NCBI GenBank assembly: GCA_030704615.1
Contig: CM060731.1
Span: forward strand, 26,164,001 to 26,228,000
Origin: Takakia lepidozioides
Taxonomy: Eukaryota > Plantae > Bryophyta
Length of the DNA: 64,000 nt
Direction of reading: 5' to 3'
Part shown: one piece after another, positions 12,590 through 26,023 of the stretch
How positions within the stretch are numbered: the first letter of the stretch is position 1
Layout of the letters: every line of letters begins with the position of its first letter
Notes under the pieces: model-generated
Databases searched by the model: none
What the model was told of the DNA's origin: nothing
The model's input: only the letters and a program-made list of their open reading frames with translations
Position numbers and translations under genes: made by a program

Positions 12590-14920
12590 ACACTATGGCT
12601 GAGCGAGATGTGGTGTCGTGGAGTGCGATGCTTGCAGGGTATTCACAGCAGGGGTGCGGGATGGAGGCTTTGGAGACCTATGAGCAAATGATGGGGGAAG
12701 GGGTGAAGCCCGCCCACATAACGTTTGTGTGCGTTTGCAGTGCGTCTGGCAGCCCTGGAAAAGGGCAAAGAGATCCATGGTCATCAAATCTGCAATTGTA
12801 CCAGATGTCATCCTGAACACTGCTCTGGTGGACATGTATGCCAAATGTGGGAGCATTGAGGATGCCGAGGGAGTGTTCAACCTATGGCTGAACGAGATAT
12901 GGTGTCGTGGAACGTGATGCTTGCAGGGTGTGCACAGCAGGGGCGCGGGATGGGGCTTTGGAGACCTACGAGCAAATGATGGGGGAAGGGGTGAAGCTCG
13001 ACCACATCATGTTTGTGTGCGTTTGCAGTGCGTGTGCAAGCCTGGCAGCCCTGGAAAAGTGCAAAGAGTCCATGGTTGCATCGTCAAATCTGGAATTGTA
13101 CCCGGTGTCATGCTGAACACTGCCCTGGTGGACATGTATGTCAAATGTGGGTGCATCGAGGATGCCAAGGGAGTGTTCGACATATGCTGAACGAGATGTG
13201 GTGTTGTGGAGTGCGATGATTGCAGGATATGCACAGCAAGGGTGCGGGATGGAGGCTTTGCAGACCTATAAGCAAATGATGTGCAAAGGGGTGAAGCCCA
13301 ACCACATCACATTTGTTTGTGTTTGCAATGCGTGTGCAAGCCTGGGAGCTCTGGAAAAGGGGAAAGAGGTCCATGGCGACGTCGTCAAAGCTGGAATTGT
13401 ACCAGATGTCATCTTGAACACTGCCCTGGTGGACATGTATGCCGAATGTGGGTGCATTAAGGATGCGAAGGGAGTTTTCAAGACTATGGCGGAACAAGAT
13501 GTGGTGTCATGGAGCTCAATGCTTGCAGGGTATGCACAGCAGGGGCACGGGATGGAGGCTTTGGAGACCTATGAACAAATGATGGGGGAAGGGGTGAAGC
13601 CCGACCACATCACATTTGCAGTGCGTGTGCAAGCCTGGCAGCGCTGGACAAGCGCAAAGAGGTGCATGGTGACATCAAAGCTGGAATTGCGGGTCGGACC
13701 TATATATCGGTCCAACACCGGTATGAACAGCAGGGACGTGGTATGGAAGTGGTATGGAGGCTTTGGAGACCTATGATCAAATGATGGGGGAAGGGGTGCA
13801 GCCCGACCACATGACGTTTGTGTGCATTTGCAATGCGTGTGCAACCTTGGCAGCTCTGGAAAAGGGCAAAGAGGTCCATGGCGACATTGTCAGAGCTGCA
13901 ATTGTACCAAATGTCATTCTGAACAATACCCTTGTGGACATGTATGAAGGGAGTGTTTGACAGTATGGCTGAACGAGATGTGGTGTCGTGGCAGTGCGAT
14001 GATTGCAAGATATGCACAGCAAGGGTGCAGGATGGAGGCTTTGGAGACCTTGAGCCATATCCTTCCACAAGTCTCTCCACAACCAGGATGTTCCAGCCAG
14101 TGTCCAAAAGCAGCTTCAGTACAAGTACGACAATTTCAAGGGGGCAGGTGCAGTGATGGAAAGGTATGGACCTAACCTTGTTCGGTCCAGAATCCGGGCC
14201 AGTGTGTTTTGTTACCCTGCTCTCCATGGACTTGATGAAAGGCTTGGCAGAGGGAAAGCAACTCCACGCCCACATCATTAGAAGTGGATTCAAGCCGAAC
14301 ATCTGTTTGCTCCATAACATTCTCAACATTTATGTCAAGGGCGGTAGTGTGGTGAATGCACGCCTGGTGTTTCACAAGATGCCTGAATGACATGTGTTCA
14401 TGTGGAATATATTGTGACAGGATATGCCAAGGATGGGTCTAAGAAGGAGGCCTTTGAGATCTATAAGCAAATGAGAGCGGCAGGTGTGACGCCAGACACT
14501 GTCACGCTCATTTGCATAGTTAAGGTGTGTTGCATCCTGGGAGGCCTACAAAGGCAAAGAGGTCCACGATGGGATCATCAAAGCTGGCATTAGACCAGAT
14601 GTAATCTCCAGACCTGCCCTTTCTACCATGTATACCAAATGTGGGAACATGGAAGATGCGGGGTGAAGTGTTTGATAATATGCCTAAAAAAGATGCGGCC
14701 TTATGAAGTGCGATGATTGCAGGATATGCTCAGTATGGGCCCGGTATGGAGGCTTCAAACTTCTATCAGCAAATGATACGAGAAGGGGTGATGCCCAGCA
14801 AGGTCACTCTCATGTGCGTTCTCAGTGCATGTGCCAGCCTAACAGCCCTGGAGCAGGGCAAACAGGTCCATGTTGAGATTATCAAAGCTGGAATTGCGCC
14901 AGATGTGAATTTCAGGTACA
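12590..14920 (+). pseudogene. PLS-class PPR pseudogene (chimeric repeat tract)
   Basis: Several P-L-S triplets broken by frameshifts. From about 14166 a second N-terminal-type PPR start follows (GLAEGKQLHAHIIRSGFKPNICLLHNILNIYVK). No E or DYW end. Confidence 0.9.
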
Positions 14921-16959
14921 TCATGATCAGACTATCTGCCAGAAACTATGTTTAGATTACTTGGCTGAGTACCCAACTGTTTGCTACCTTACCTTGATAC
15001 AAATGTTTTACAGGCGTCTTACATGCAATTGCAAAATACTGAAGTAGAGTTGGACTAAGGCATTTCTCAGTCACCCATACTGTACACATAACAGATTGGC
15101 AGGTGTCCATACAGGCTTGCTACTGCCTTTCAAACATGCCTTTTCAAAATCTCGAGAGGTCTGGTAGAGGTCTGGTTCTAGTCCCATGGTCATGACAGCA
15201 CCAAAAGCATGTATAAGTTAGGGAGTTTGTTCTGTTTCATCTGCATTGTAGAATACATACAAGAAATGCACGGGTGACACATACCTAACTACTTACAATG
15301 CATCTTTCAATCAAAAGAATTCCAGATTGAACCCTTTTTCCTATGGTGTTAGTGAGATAGTTTTGATTGGTTCTTACAGGTGCCAATTGGAGGTCCTCAA
15401 GCCCCAGGCCGCAATGCCCAGGGGCTGCCAAGTAATAGCCCATTAAAATTGGGAGTTCTATGGGGCACTCCTCAGTTGCAGACAATCTGCCAAGGGAGAT
15501 ATAAACTATGTAAAACACTGAAAACAAATATCAATATAAAGACAATCATTTTTTAGCAAGGTGATCATTTTTTTAATCAAGACAAGAAAACTAAATGATG
15601 AGAAACTAAAAGATGAGCAACGGAAAAGATATGAACAACCGACTTCCGATCGAGACGAAACAAATGCTAAAACAGAAAAGGGGGTTCAACTCCCCCTCGC
15701 TCCTTGGGCATAGATAGAGGTAGCTGCATCAAACAATGAATAGTATGTTTCCAATCAAAAGAATCATTGTCCTCGTCTCTTTCTCCATAAAGTCATGGCC
15801 CTTTCGGCGGCCTTCCGTCAAAAATTTAGTAAAATAAAATAGATAAAATTAATAAAACCTGAGGTTGTTGCAAGTGGGAGAAATGTGGATGTGAACTTAA
15901 TGCACCAACCCACATGAGTGGTTTGGTCAACAAGCCCCGTTTGAGATCAACTCCTCATTGAAAACAATAACAAAACATCTTTCACCCAATAATATTTAAA
16001 TGTAATCAACACAAGATAGAAAAAATATATAAATTTGAGTTTAAGCTTTAAATTGAATATTACTGCGACAAGAATATGTAGAATATGTTATCAAAAATAT
16101 CAATTTATAATAAGACTATAAGTAATTGAGAGAAACTGATAAAGGCTTTATGAAGGGATATTTATTCTAGTGTTGGATTGGTATATAGGTGAAGGATTGG
16201 TATACATACTGGTATATGCACTGGTATTAGATACCAGACTAGTCTGGTATTATTGGGGAGAATAGTTGGTCATATACCATACCAGGCTGATATCAGTTTT
16301 CTTTTTCTTTTTCTAAAGGGGCGGAAGCCCTTGAGAGCTTTATTAAAATTGTTGGAGGGAAAAAATAAAACCCTCAAGGCCCCAAGGCCGCTATAAGGCG
16401 ACCAATAATCCAACAAGTAGTAAAGCTAGAGTAGTTAGACCGGAGAACAATAACCTTATGGAGAACCAGAATCTTCAGGAGAATTAGAACCTTGTCGAAT
16501 CTTTCTTCCAGATGTAGAAATGATCGAGATAAAAGCTTTGCGCTTAAGAGTGAGTGAACACTATGATAGAGGTAGTGGATAGCAATACTTGGAAGTGACT
16601 GTCTCTAGAGAGAACTAAAGAAGCCCAAGGGGGCCTTAGATCGTCCTTCCATGTGGGAGGAGCCAGGTCCGCAGAAAGAGGAGTTTGCCGACTGCTTGGA
16701 GAAAATAGCCGGGCTCTCGAGTGCATTTCCACTTCTATGTAGAGCTCGGCGACCGGGTGCTCTTTTTAGACTTTAGCATGAGGTGGTAGAGGACACTGCA
16801 GGTAATCGCGACTTTAATGTGACGTGGCAGGCAAGTACATGCTGCAATCAATTCGCGGTACTCAGCGGACGAGCTCTCTTCCCTTTTATCGGGCTGTGCT
16901 ACCGACACGGGAACTCGTCCACCGGGCCGTCGCCCCATGCATGGAAGTGAGAAGTGTAC

Positions 16960-17302
16960 CAATGTTGGGCGGTTAATTGATTTTTTTCATAACCGGCGGT
17001 TCCAGTTGCTTCAAATTTTAGAAAACTATTAACCTACGGTTGCGGCTATTAAATTTTTTATGGCTAGATATAATCTGCCGGTTACGGTTACTTGCAAAAA
17101 CCTCAAATAACCGGCGGTTTTCATCAAATAACCGCGGGTATTGGGCGGTTCTTTAAGAGGTTTTTTGCTCGGTTATTTGAATGCATGAGTTCCTAACTGG
17201 ACCGATTACTTCATTTTTTCACCTCCGCCGGTCATATATACATATAACCGGATAGGTAACCGCCGGGTATTACAGAGAAATTCAAATAACCGCCCAACAC
17301 TG
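16960..17302. mobile_element. hAT-family MITE, 343 bp
   Basis: TIRs CAATGTTGGGCGGTTA / TAACCGCCCAACACTG. The 8-bp TSD is AAGTGTAC (16952-16959) / AAGGGTAC (17303-17310). Many ACCG/CGGT subterminal motifs. Confidence 0.9.
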
Positions 17303-17981
17303 AAGGGTACCCGGCCATTTTTGTCCGTTTCCTCCCTTAAACGGTGGGCCGGGTACATGGAAGGCTGCTCTTAGAGAGGTTAAGAATGAGGGGGAACACT
17401 ATCTGGTTTAGTCCTAGAAGCTACTCTGATATGTTTTTAGTTGACATCCGAAGTATCAAACTCCAGGGACGCGGAGGAGGAGGCTCCTGCAATGCTCCCA
17501 TTGTCCAGGGATTTGTTGTGTCCAAACACAGGAGTGAGCACGAGTGCAGGTGCAAATGATGTCTTGCTTCCTCCATGTCGATCTGAAGGTATTAAAGAGT
17601 AACCCCTCCTTTCATGGATACCTGTCATGTATGGAGTGGAAGTGGTGCATGCGGGTTTTGCGTGGGAGTAGCCAAAAGGTTGGGGAGGAGAACCATTGTA
17701 TGAGAACTTGCTTCCCCTCTGGCCGAGGCTGACTCCCGATAGCTTGGGGCAAATCCAGCTGCATTCCTGATGAGCTATTTGAAGAGAATGAGCCTTTGGG
17801 GTTGTAAGAAGGTTTGAGCGGTTCGAGAAGACGTTGAAGCTCAATGAGTTCATTTTGCTCGTGCATTTCGGTTTCAGAATAGCCTAGAGAATTGTAAACC
17901 CGTTGTGAATTGTATCTCTTGATTTGACCACAGTTTTGCTTCTAGAAGGTGGCTCGTCAAAGGGGCTAGCTGAATCCAGAA

Positions 17982-18330
17982 TTCATATCAGCAACATTTA
18001 ACATTCATACATGAAAAACAATTCACATAATTGCAATATATAAATCTCCTAAAATGCCTTCACAACCGTTTCTACTACACTTGCATGAATTATATTGTAA
18101 GTTACCACGTCATTGCCCAACAATATACATTGGAGATTTCAACATTGACATATTAGGAAACAAATCCGAAAAAATACAACCTCAAAATTACATGCATAAT
18201 CACAAACTTCAATTAACATTTTCAGAACACACAACCGATTACCAATGTCAATTAGATCATATTTGGACAAATGCAATAATATCTCCATGCAAATCATAAA
18301 CCAATTTATTTAGCTTTCAAACTTCCTGAC
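17982..18330 (+). mobile_element. Apurinic-type (EEP/APE) endonuclease fragment, Helentron-like
   Basis: IHIIAIYKSPK...PTIYIGDFNIDIL...FSEHTTDYQCQLDHIWTN, i.e. YxxP, GDFN and TT-x5-LDH motifs. It is followed by a stop and an AT-rich tail rather than an RT domain. Confidence 0.65.
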
Positions 18331-19548
18331 TTTGTCAATCACTTTATCTTCTGTGATACTTTACTATAAATACTTCCACCATATTTACACCCACAACATT
18401 TTATTTTAAAAATAGAACTTAACGTCACTTCAAAATCATTTCAAAATTAAAACATATTATTATTAACCATAACATAATTCCATAAAACTTCATATCAATA
18501 AAACAATGGCAGGGCCTCCATGTATCTCACGCCTTGTTAGGTTTCCTGATATGATTCCTCGGCATTTATTCAGTGTCTGGTCTGATCGTCGGTAAAAAAA
18601 CATCCCTTCGCATCGATATGGTCATCTGATACCTGGTTGGAAGCCAATTTGTGGAGATGATGAATGTTGATAATACTCTAGGATTATTGAGATCAACTAG
18701 TCAGCACTTACTGTAACTCATTCGATTAAGAAGCTGTTCAATTGAATTGTAGTTCCAAGGAACTCTAGAATCTCCAGCATCAGAATAACACATATGCATT
18801 TGAAATTCCCTCAGCATTCAATGTATAACGCTACTTGGAGATCGATTCACTGGAAGTTGGATTCGAACATGAAACGATGCAGCTACGGAATAAGGAAGAA
18901 GATTACGTCCAAGTTTACGTCTAGGTTTCCAAACAAGTATTCAATGCCTTAAGGCACTTAAACCAACAACAGCTATCTCCATTGGCTGGGCAACCACTTT
19001 TCCATCATCGCTCGTTTTCATCCAGCGTATGCCATTTTGTAGAACACTTCAATTCCAAGTATAGTAAAATTGTTGTTTATTTTCTTGGGAGATAGGGTCT
19101 TTGATGATTATCATGTGGATATTCAAGAACCTCGACTAGTAGCTCAATCAGCCTCACATGGTATATATAATCATATTTCACATGTTATCATCCCTTGCAT
19201 CTTGTCTACCTCCCCTTCCCCACTGCCAAACTTTCCTGATTGGACAAGTGGTTCACTGTATCAAAGGGGGTTCCACTTGGTGAGATGGAGCTCTAGCCTC
19301 TGCCCCCTAGAAAGTTATAACTGAGATGAGGCAACATATGTGCCCCATATTATGTGTCTGTCCTTAGCCTACTTTTGATTCAACTTGAAACCAAAATAGA
19401 ATTTCTCTACTCTTTACTACTTCCCCCTACTCTTTCTCTCTCACAAGTCTCCAAAATGTCACTCCCCACCAAAACCTGTGGAAGTGCTACGTTGCAAGCT
19501 TCAACTCTTCAATCTGTGCTGACTCCACAACCAGCAGCCATGTTTCAT

Positions 19549-22304
19549 TCAAGTAGTGGGGGAAAATGGCTTGGAGATCTTCATCTCCTCCAAATACCGT
19601 TTTCCATTAGGTCCAAATGTCCTAAACATTGCTATATAATCCTCGAAGATGGTTTCCCTGTAGGAAGCCCCATCTCGGGCCACTAATTTTGAAGCAGGAG
19701 CAACTCTTGCAGTCAGTAAGGGACCAAAGAAGGTGGCCAAAGACATGCGCGCCTTCTCTGAGTTCACCACAACTCGGTGCTCGATGCTCTTGTACTTGCC
19801 ATTGGTCAATATCTGCATATTTTATGATGAGGCAGAATCTTGCAGTGAGCCATTTGTTGTCCTCTCCTCTACCTCACGCCCTTTGTTTATCTATCTATGT
19901 TTTGCTTTCCCCACTTAGTCTAAGTCCCCGCGGTCAATTTGGGCACGGGTCTATGACCACAAGAATATGAAAAACAACGTCTCATGAATACATTCTCTCA
20001 ACATCCTTTTTCTCTTCTCTTTGCTTCCACCATTGCTTGGATATACCCACTAGTAACCTACCTTCATGAGTGTTCCTTATTTTCCAACACGTGTATGTCG
20101 ATATCTCGAAACAATAGAGTGAATAATAATATCTCTCAAATGTAATGCTGTTCTCAAGGGGGAAAATTGTCTACCTCCATCTGGTCACCCATGTTGATCA
20201 CCAGAGCATGTGGCAAAGGTTGAACCTGAACCCATCCACCATGCTTGTCACACACTTCCAGACCTCCTATCTGGTCTTGCAATAGGATAGTGAGAAGTTG
20301 AATGTCTGAATGGGCTGTTGCCCCAATGACACCTTCCGGCTCTGGACATGGTGGATAATAATTTAATAACATTGTTCGTGTTCCAGTCGCGGCAAGGCTA
20401 AGGAAATCTGAGCTCAGCCCAAGAGACTCTGATAGAGCACAGAGGAGCTTATGACTCAGAAGCTTCACTTGCTTGTAGTACTCCAAATTGAGATCTCTGT
20501 TAGTGCAACAAGTTGCCAAAAAGTGGATCAGCCCTTTCACACCATTGTTGCACCTCTCTGCGTTCTATCTCATGGATACAATGTGCAATGGAGCTAGAGT
20601 TACAGAATTTGCAATCTTCTGGTATAGACACACAGATTACTAGAAACGTAGAAGTTTGAGAGAGAAGAGTACAATTCTCTGGGCACTATTCATGGGCGTA
20701 TATAATTGAAGACCCCCTCTCATTATTTAAGACACAATAGACAACCCCCATTCCAAGACTGTTGTGTCAAAGGCCCAAAAACTCAGAAGGAGGATATTGA
20801 AGCTCCAATACATAGACTCGCGAGTTCAAAGGTTGAGGTTTTGGGAAATGACTTACGATACCTGTTAGACCCGCCTTTCCTTCAATCTACAGCAATGTTG
20901 CCAAAATGTTACACAGGCAAGTAAACAAGGATACAAGAAACTAATGTTGGTCACCTACTTGAATGTCGAAGGTTCTGTGGGCCACTTCTCCACCTCTGGT
21001 GCAGGGGAACACTCAAGCACAAGATAATCTTTCCATGGTAAAACACCGTCCGCATTGGTGACAGAGCCGGAGCCATACTTAACTTTAGATGGTTCGACAG
21101 GCAAGTACTTCAGCCTTTCCTCAAGAGGCAGCTCAAAGAATTGTTTATCTGCCCTCAAAACATCATCAAGCAATGCCAGGGGAACACCATGATTCACCAC
21201 CTTATATGTATTGATCCCACCAACAACACAAATTCAGATAGGACAATCAACCACACGGATCCAAAAGATTGCACATGACAAAAGCTAGAAGTATACTCTA
21301 AAAATCACAGGTCTCCTGCTACTTACTCTGGAGGAAACGTGAAAGGCCATCAACTGTCAAACTACAAGAGCAACCTTGAGCAAGGGCAGTGACTCATTCG
21401 CTCTCTTCTTTCCAGTTGGAAAAGTTCATTCACAACATCCTATATACTATCCATAAGAAAGGTAAGTAAGAAATTTCCCTGTGGACTTTAGATAATGTTG
21501 CAATTGTACTAGCCTGAGAAGAATGCGAATAGCCAATTCAGATAGTGGACAATCCAGTGAAAATCAGGGAGGGGCCTGCTGAAAACCACAGAGCCTTATT
21601 CGTAGATGGGGTGTTTGGGAGCCCAGGAGTGGTGGTGAACTCCTAGTGGCCTGCCCCTCTACTCCCGGGAGTAGCAACGGTGTTGGTGAGCTCCCGGTAA
21701 GTCCCGAAACGAAATAGAGAGTCACAGAGCGGGATACTTGTCCCGCTACTCCCAAAGAGTAACGGAGGTTGTGTCCCGCTGCCCTTAGTCCCGTGGAGAG
21801 TCCCGTTGTGATCAGCCCCGAAGAGTAATGTGATGGATACAAAGGGGAGCTGGGCGCAACCTTGAGCGGTTAGGCCGTGAGGGATATTTAGTCATCCCGA
21901 TTAGGCCTTGGACATGATTAGAAGTCCACTCTAAGCACAATCAAGCTTACGTTAGTTTGCTAAACTCAATGCTTAGCATGCCTAGTACCGAAAAGAAAAG
22001 AAAAATGTGGCGGAACGAGAGGGAAGATCGACACATCCAAGAAGCTACCTCCGTTCTCTACAATGTGTACCTGGAAAAATCCCCATTCCTCCGTCGCACA
22101 TCTAATCTCCTCCAGGACTGAGGCACGGCCATCACGTTCTAGTTCTGCCAAATCTATCACAGGTATGGACCGCTGACCCACACTGATGAAGCTCTCTTCT
22201 AGCGACTTCCTTTTGAAGATGGAGGGAACATGCTTTGTCTCTGAGAGGTCCTTCACTGAACCATAAATTCGAGCAATATTCGGCAGGACAGCAGCTTGCG
22301 CCAT
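19549..22304 (-). CDS. 2-oxoglutarate/Fe(II)-dependent dioxygenase (DOXC class), about 353 aa; exons 22304-22071, 21200-20959, 20496-20175, 19812-19549
   Basis: IPVIDL...EEWGFFQ/VVNHGVP, LNYYPPCPEP, HSD (HxD), DQIGGLEV, INMGDQME/ILTNGKYKSIEHRV, RMS (RxS). GT-AG introns give an uninterrupted 1062-nt frame. Confidence 0.95.
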
Positions 22305-22383
22305 TCCTCAGTCAGAAAGAACTCAACTATCAAACCAACTAGCGATGTGCGATGCCTCTATGCTCTGTACCAAAGATGGAAAG

Positions 22384-22391
22384 TATATATA
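22384..22391 (-). promoter_or_regulatory. Putative TATA box of the dioxygenase gene
   Basis: CTATATATAC on the minus strand about 80 nt upstream of the ATG at 22304. Confidence 0.5.
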
Positions 22392-22414
22392 GCAAGGATC
22401 TCTCGGGTCCAAAC

Positions 22415-23276
22415 CACTCTTGTGCGGGTCCGGGTTTTGACCCGGATACCCGGCGGGTTAGGATCCGGGTTACCCGGATCCGCAACCGGACCCGTGCTAA
22501 CCCCAAAACTCGGACCTTGACCCGGTTTCATTTCTAAAATGAACCCGGAACCGAACCCGGACCCGCCTGCTGGGTCCAGAACCTGGTAAACCCGCTACCC
22601 ACGATCAAGTGTAACAGGTCAGGGTCCGGGTCAAAAAAATTCAGGTGGGGCACGCGGGATCCACCTTATATCTGGTAGGGTAGTTATGCAATGTGTCCAG
22701 CAATAGGCTGCCAGCGTTGTAGGCACATACCACCTCAAAAGTGATTGTGGGTTCAATCCATGGATTGGTGTCACAAATTGTGCCCTTCAAGATCTAGCGA
22801 CACCATAATTTATACCTCGCAAAGGAGGAGTCATATGTTATTATTAAGAGGGCTAGCTCCACACATCCATGCTATAGTAATCTATGAGCCTTGAGGCATA
22901 TTACTATTTTTAACATGTTTCAATTTCTATTTTAATTCTTATGTTAAATGAGCAATACATATTCATGGTACTTTTTGAAGGAATGTGTCCTAAAATAAAA
23001 TTCATTATTAGGATTAATTTTATTACAGCCAAAAATAATTTTATCCCTAATTAATCTTTTTTACTAAATTTATTTAATAAATTAACTAGGACTCGGGTCC
23101 GAACGCTAATATTTGCCACCAACTAACCCGGGCCCTGACCCCAGTCCGTGTTGAGAAACCCGAACCCAGACCCGCATTTTCCAAATTTCAAAAACCCGGA
23201 TCCGGACCGGACTAGGCTCCAAAAAAATACCTGTAACCGGACCCCGCGGGTTCCTTAAAAAGGCACAACCCCACTG
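22415..23276. mobile_element. Older hAT-like MITE, about 860 bp, with ACCCGG/CCGGGT subterminal repeats
   Basis: Degenerate termini CACTCTTGTGC / GCACAACCCCACTG, 8-bp TSD GTCCAAAC (22407-22414) / GTCCATAC (23277-23284), GC-rich repeat ends and an AT-rich core. Confidence 0.7.
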
Positions 23277-23824
23277 GTCCATACCAACACAGTGAAGGTC
23301 CAAACGTGTGTTGCAGCTTGCCGGTGACTGGACCTTTCAGCATCCGGCTTTAGAGACGCGGAAGAAGTGTGGATAGACAAGGAGAGAATCTAAAAGTGAG
23401 AGTAAAACAGAAAGGTCGGTAATTTGTCGTGTTCTGAAGTATAAAAAGACAATACAAGATTCTCATTCCAAAAAAAAAAAAAAAAAACAAGATTCTCATT
23501 CCATCCTAAGCCTCCAATTAAGTCCAACTTATCACAAGCCCTCGCTGTAATTATTTGCCCCGCCTTCTTACCGAAGCACGGCAACAACTGGACTTCTTCG
23601 GCCATCCTAACTCTACGGTTTATCTATCGGCCGCTAAATCTCTGGTCACTGAGGTGCATCAACAATCTGAAGCTCACACCTTCTCAGCGTTTCATAGCTC
23701 ATGAGAATGAGTTGCACGAGGAGTGTGTTCCATCTTAAATCTGTGCTTGAATTGTCTTTCAGAGTGATATGAGATGGCTTCTTCTCATGTCTTGTCCTTG
23801 TTCTACCTTGCTTTGCGAGAAGAC

Positions 23825-23945
23825 ACCCTTCTCTATAGATGCAGAGAGGAAAGGGGGATTGCAAATGCCTGTTATGTGGGCAACCTGAAGACAATATCCA
23901 CTTTTGATTCATTGTCCTGGGTACTTCACCAGAGAGACACCCTTG
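23825..23945 (+). mobile_element. Non-LTR retrotransposon C-terminal zinc-knuckle fragment
   Basis: QRGKGDCKCLLCGQPEDNIHF..HCPG; homologous to 56221-56896 and 59080-60545. Confidence 0.65.
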
Positions 23946-25787
23946 TCACCCTATATCTAGAAAAGAGGAGGGGGTGGAAAGAGGTCAGCAAATTCACTAC
24001 AGCCTTTTATCGGAAAACTCTGTGATTTGAGTCAATGATCAAGATTTGCACTTGTGTTGTGACCGTGAAGATGCAAAGTTGACGTAACAAGAGCTGACTA
24101 GAGGTCTCGATAGGGAGGGGCGTTGGGACTGTAGGTGTGTTTGACTGCGCCGCAGTCCATCAGTGATACTTTCTGCTGCAGCCATCATCCCTGCTTTGTG
24201 TCCTTTAGGGGACAACAGAGGTGGGTCAATACAAAAGATTGGCTAGTATCGTTGAAAGTCACCTACAAATTACTTCAATTTGGAGATTAGAGGCAGTCCT
24301 AACACCTAGAACCAAAGCTGATATACATAGGACACACAAAAGAGCCTGGAATCAAACAACCACCCAAAATGGCCCTACATGTCCAATACAATCCAGATTC
24401 CAACTTGTTGACAGACGCATGACCTTACTACCCAAACCAGTGTGTCCACCTGCGCAAAATTTAACCTCTCTTTTGTTGCCACATCTCAGCAACTCGCAGG
24501 AGAGAGGGTGGGGCAGGGGATGTCTAAGGGAGCATACTGTAATTGTCGGAGCCGTAGAGTGGCCTCCCCGCCTGCAAACAATAGGTCCCTCTGCCAAAAT
24601 TCATTCCCGGTCAGGGTCATTTTCCCTAAGATACTTCCACCCCCACCGAAAAAACACCTTCCAGAAGGGAAAGAAAATCCCATCCTATATCAGCCTCATA
24701 CATGCTCAGTGGACTGACCTCCTCCTTGGCAGCTCTTTCAGTAGTATAGCCTATACATTTGCCCTCCTGAAGTTTAATCGTAGCCTGAGATACAACATTC
24801 AAATTACAATGTAAGATAACTTTGGACTTCCCAGGGTCCAGGGGAGAAGGATAGATTATATCCAGGAGTAGCTATCCAGTCATACAAACATGAAGCAAAT
24901 TACAATCAGCATCCTACCCATCGTCTCTTCCCCATGGAAGACATGCAACAAAAAACAATTCACCTAATCTCCTGAATCACAACAGAAGACAAAAGAGAGA
25001 AAGACAAAGGAGAAGCTTTATATTAGACCCGCGCCTGGTATTGGTCTTTCCATTGCTGCAGCACACCAAGACAAGCTTCAGTCTCCTCCTCACTGCACAA
25101 TCCCAGAAACTAACAAAACGTTAGAACGAAGAGTGCTCTCCTTTATTTTTCATCGTCTTCCTGTCCTCTTTCCTCCTGTCTCGAGGATGCACTGGGCGCC
25201 AAATGATGGCCCAGGTCAGTCCTAGTTTCTGGCGAGCACATTGTTTTTGTTATGGCCATGCGTCCAGTATGGGCGGAACAAAGGGGAACATGCATTACCA
25301 TTGTGAGGGGCTCACACCAGTAGTGGGGCAAACAATTTTTCCAGGTTTTCCAGACTCCTCTAGAGAGCTCTACAAGCATCAATCTGATGTGTGTTATCTG
25401 CCCAGTGCCCACATGCTTTGATCCCACACACGGCCAGGGCTCTAGCCTCAAGATTTGGAAAGTTGGTACTGCGCCTGTGTTCTTGATGGTTCTCAAGAGG
25501 GTTGTTGTCTGATGAGAATAGTCCGGACATGTATCAGAAAATGGAAATTGTCTAGAGTGGCCAGCAGAGAAGGAGTGCAACTATAACTGTAAACGTATTG
25601 CCATGTGTAGGCCAATGGGGTGAAAAGCTTCTGGTGGTGGAGCGGAACACAGCCACTCTCACGAGCCTGGGTAGGTGCAGACAAACTCATGTTTTGCAGA
25701 TGACTTTTTTCAATACATTCCGGTAACCTGGCATAATACGGAACTTGCAGTGCTCCTACATCTATCTTTTCACCCTTTTCCCTTACC

Positions 25788-26023
25788 AACTTTGAAAATC
25801 TCGAGGCCGAGCCAAAACCCCAGGCCCTTTTGAGGTCTAGTTATTGGGCAAATCACACACAACAGATTGACGGTTTGTGTGAAGAAGATATCTGGAGAAG
25901 TCGGATCAATAGTCTGTTTCAAGGTAAGTCATACTACCGGCGTCAGCCCTTGAACAAAGGTAAGGTATTTTCTGTCCCTTTGTGACTGGGCGCGGGGTCA
26001 ATGGCCACAAGGCTACGGCAAAC
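25788..26023 (+). mobile_element. 3' end of the same non-LTR retrotransposon family
   Basis: Aligns to the reverse complement of about 56240-56490 and ends GCGCGGGGTCAATGGCCACAAGGCTACGGCAAAC, exactly at the inverted-arm junction. Confidence 0.75.

Larger units (their letters stand above)
10206..16799 (+). repeat. Left arm of 6.6 kb inverted duplication
   Basis: Its reverse complement matches 26024-32689 almost base for base, and the ORF track is mirrored (e.g. 14713..14955+ = 27946..28188-, 15285..15527- = 27374..27616+). Confidence 0.97.

Noticed and set aside
8130-14920. Functional PPR genes rescued by RNA editing or sequencing error
   Set aside because: The lesions are numerous indels and larger deletions, and most in 12590-14920 are shared by both inverted copies, so they are probably genuine pseudogenes.
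21500-21915. Possible solo LTR in intron 1 of the dioxygenase
   Set aside because: GC-rich insert ending ...TTAGGCCTTGGACA, but no matching TG start or 4-6 bp TSD could be identified.
24100-25790. ORFs 24221..24814, 25143..25580 and neighbours
   Set aside because: No recognisable motifs; probably decayed gene or TE fragments or chance ORFs.
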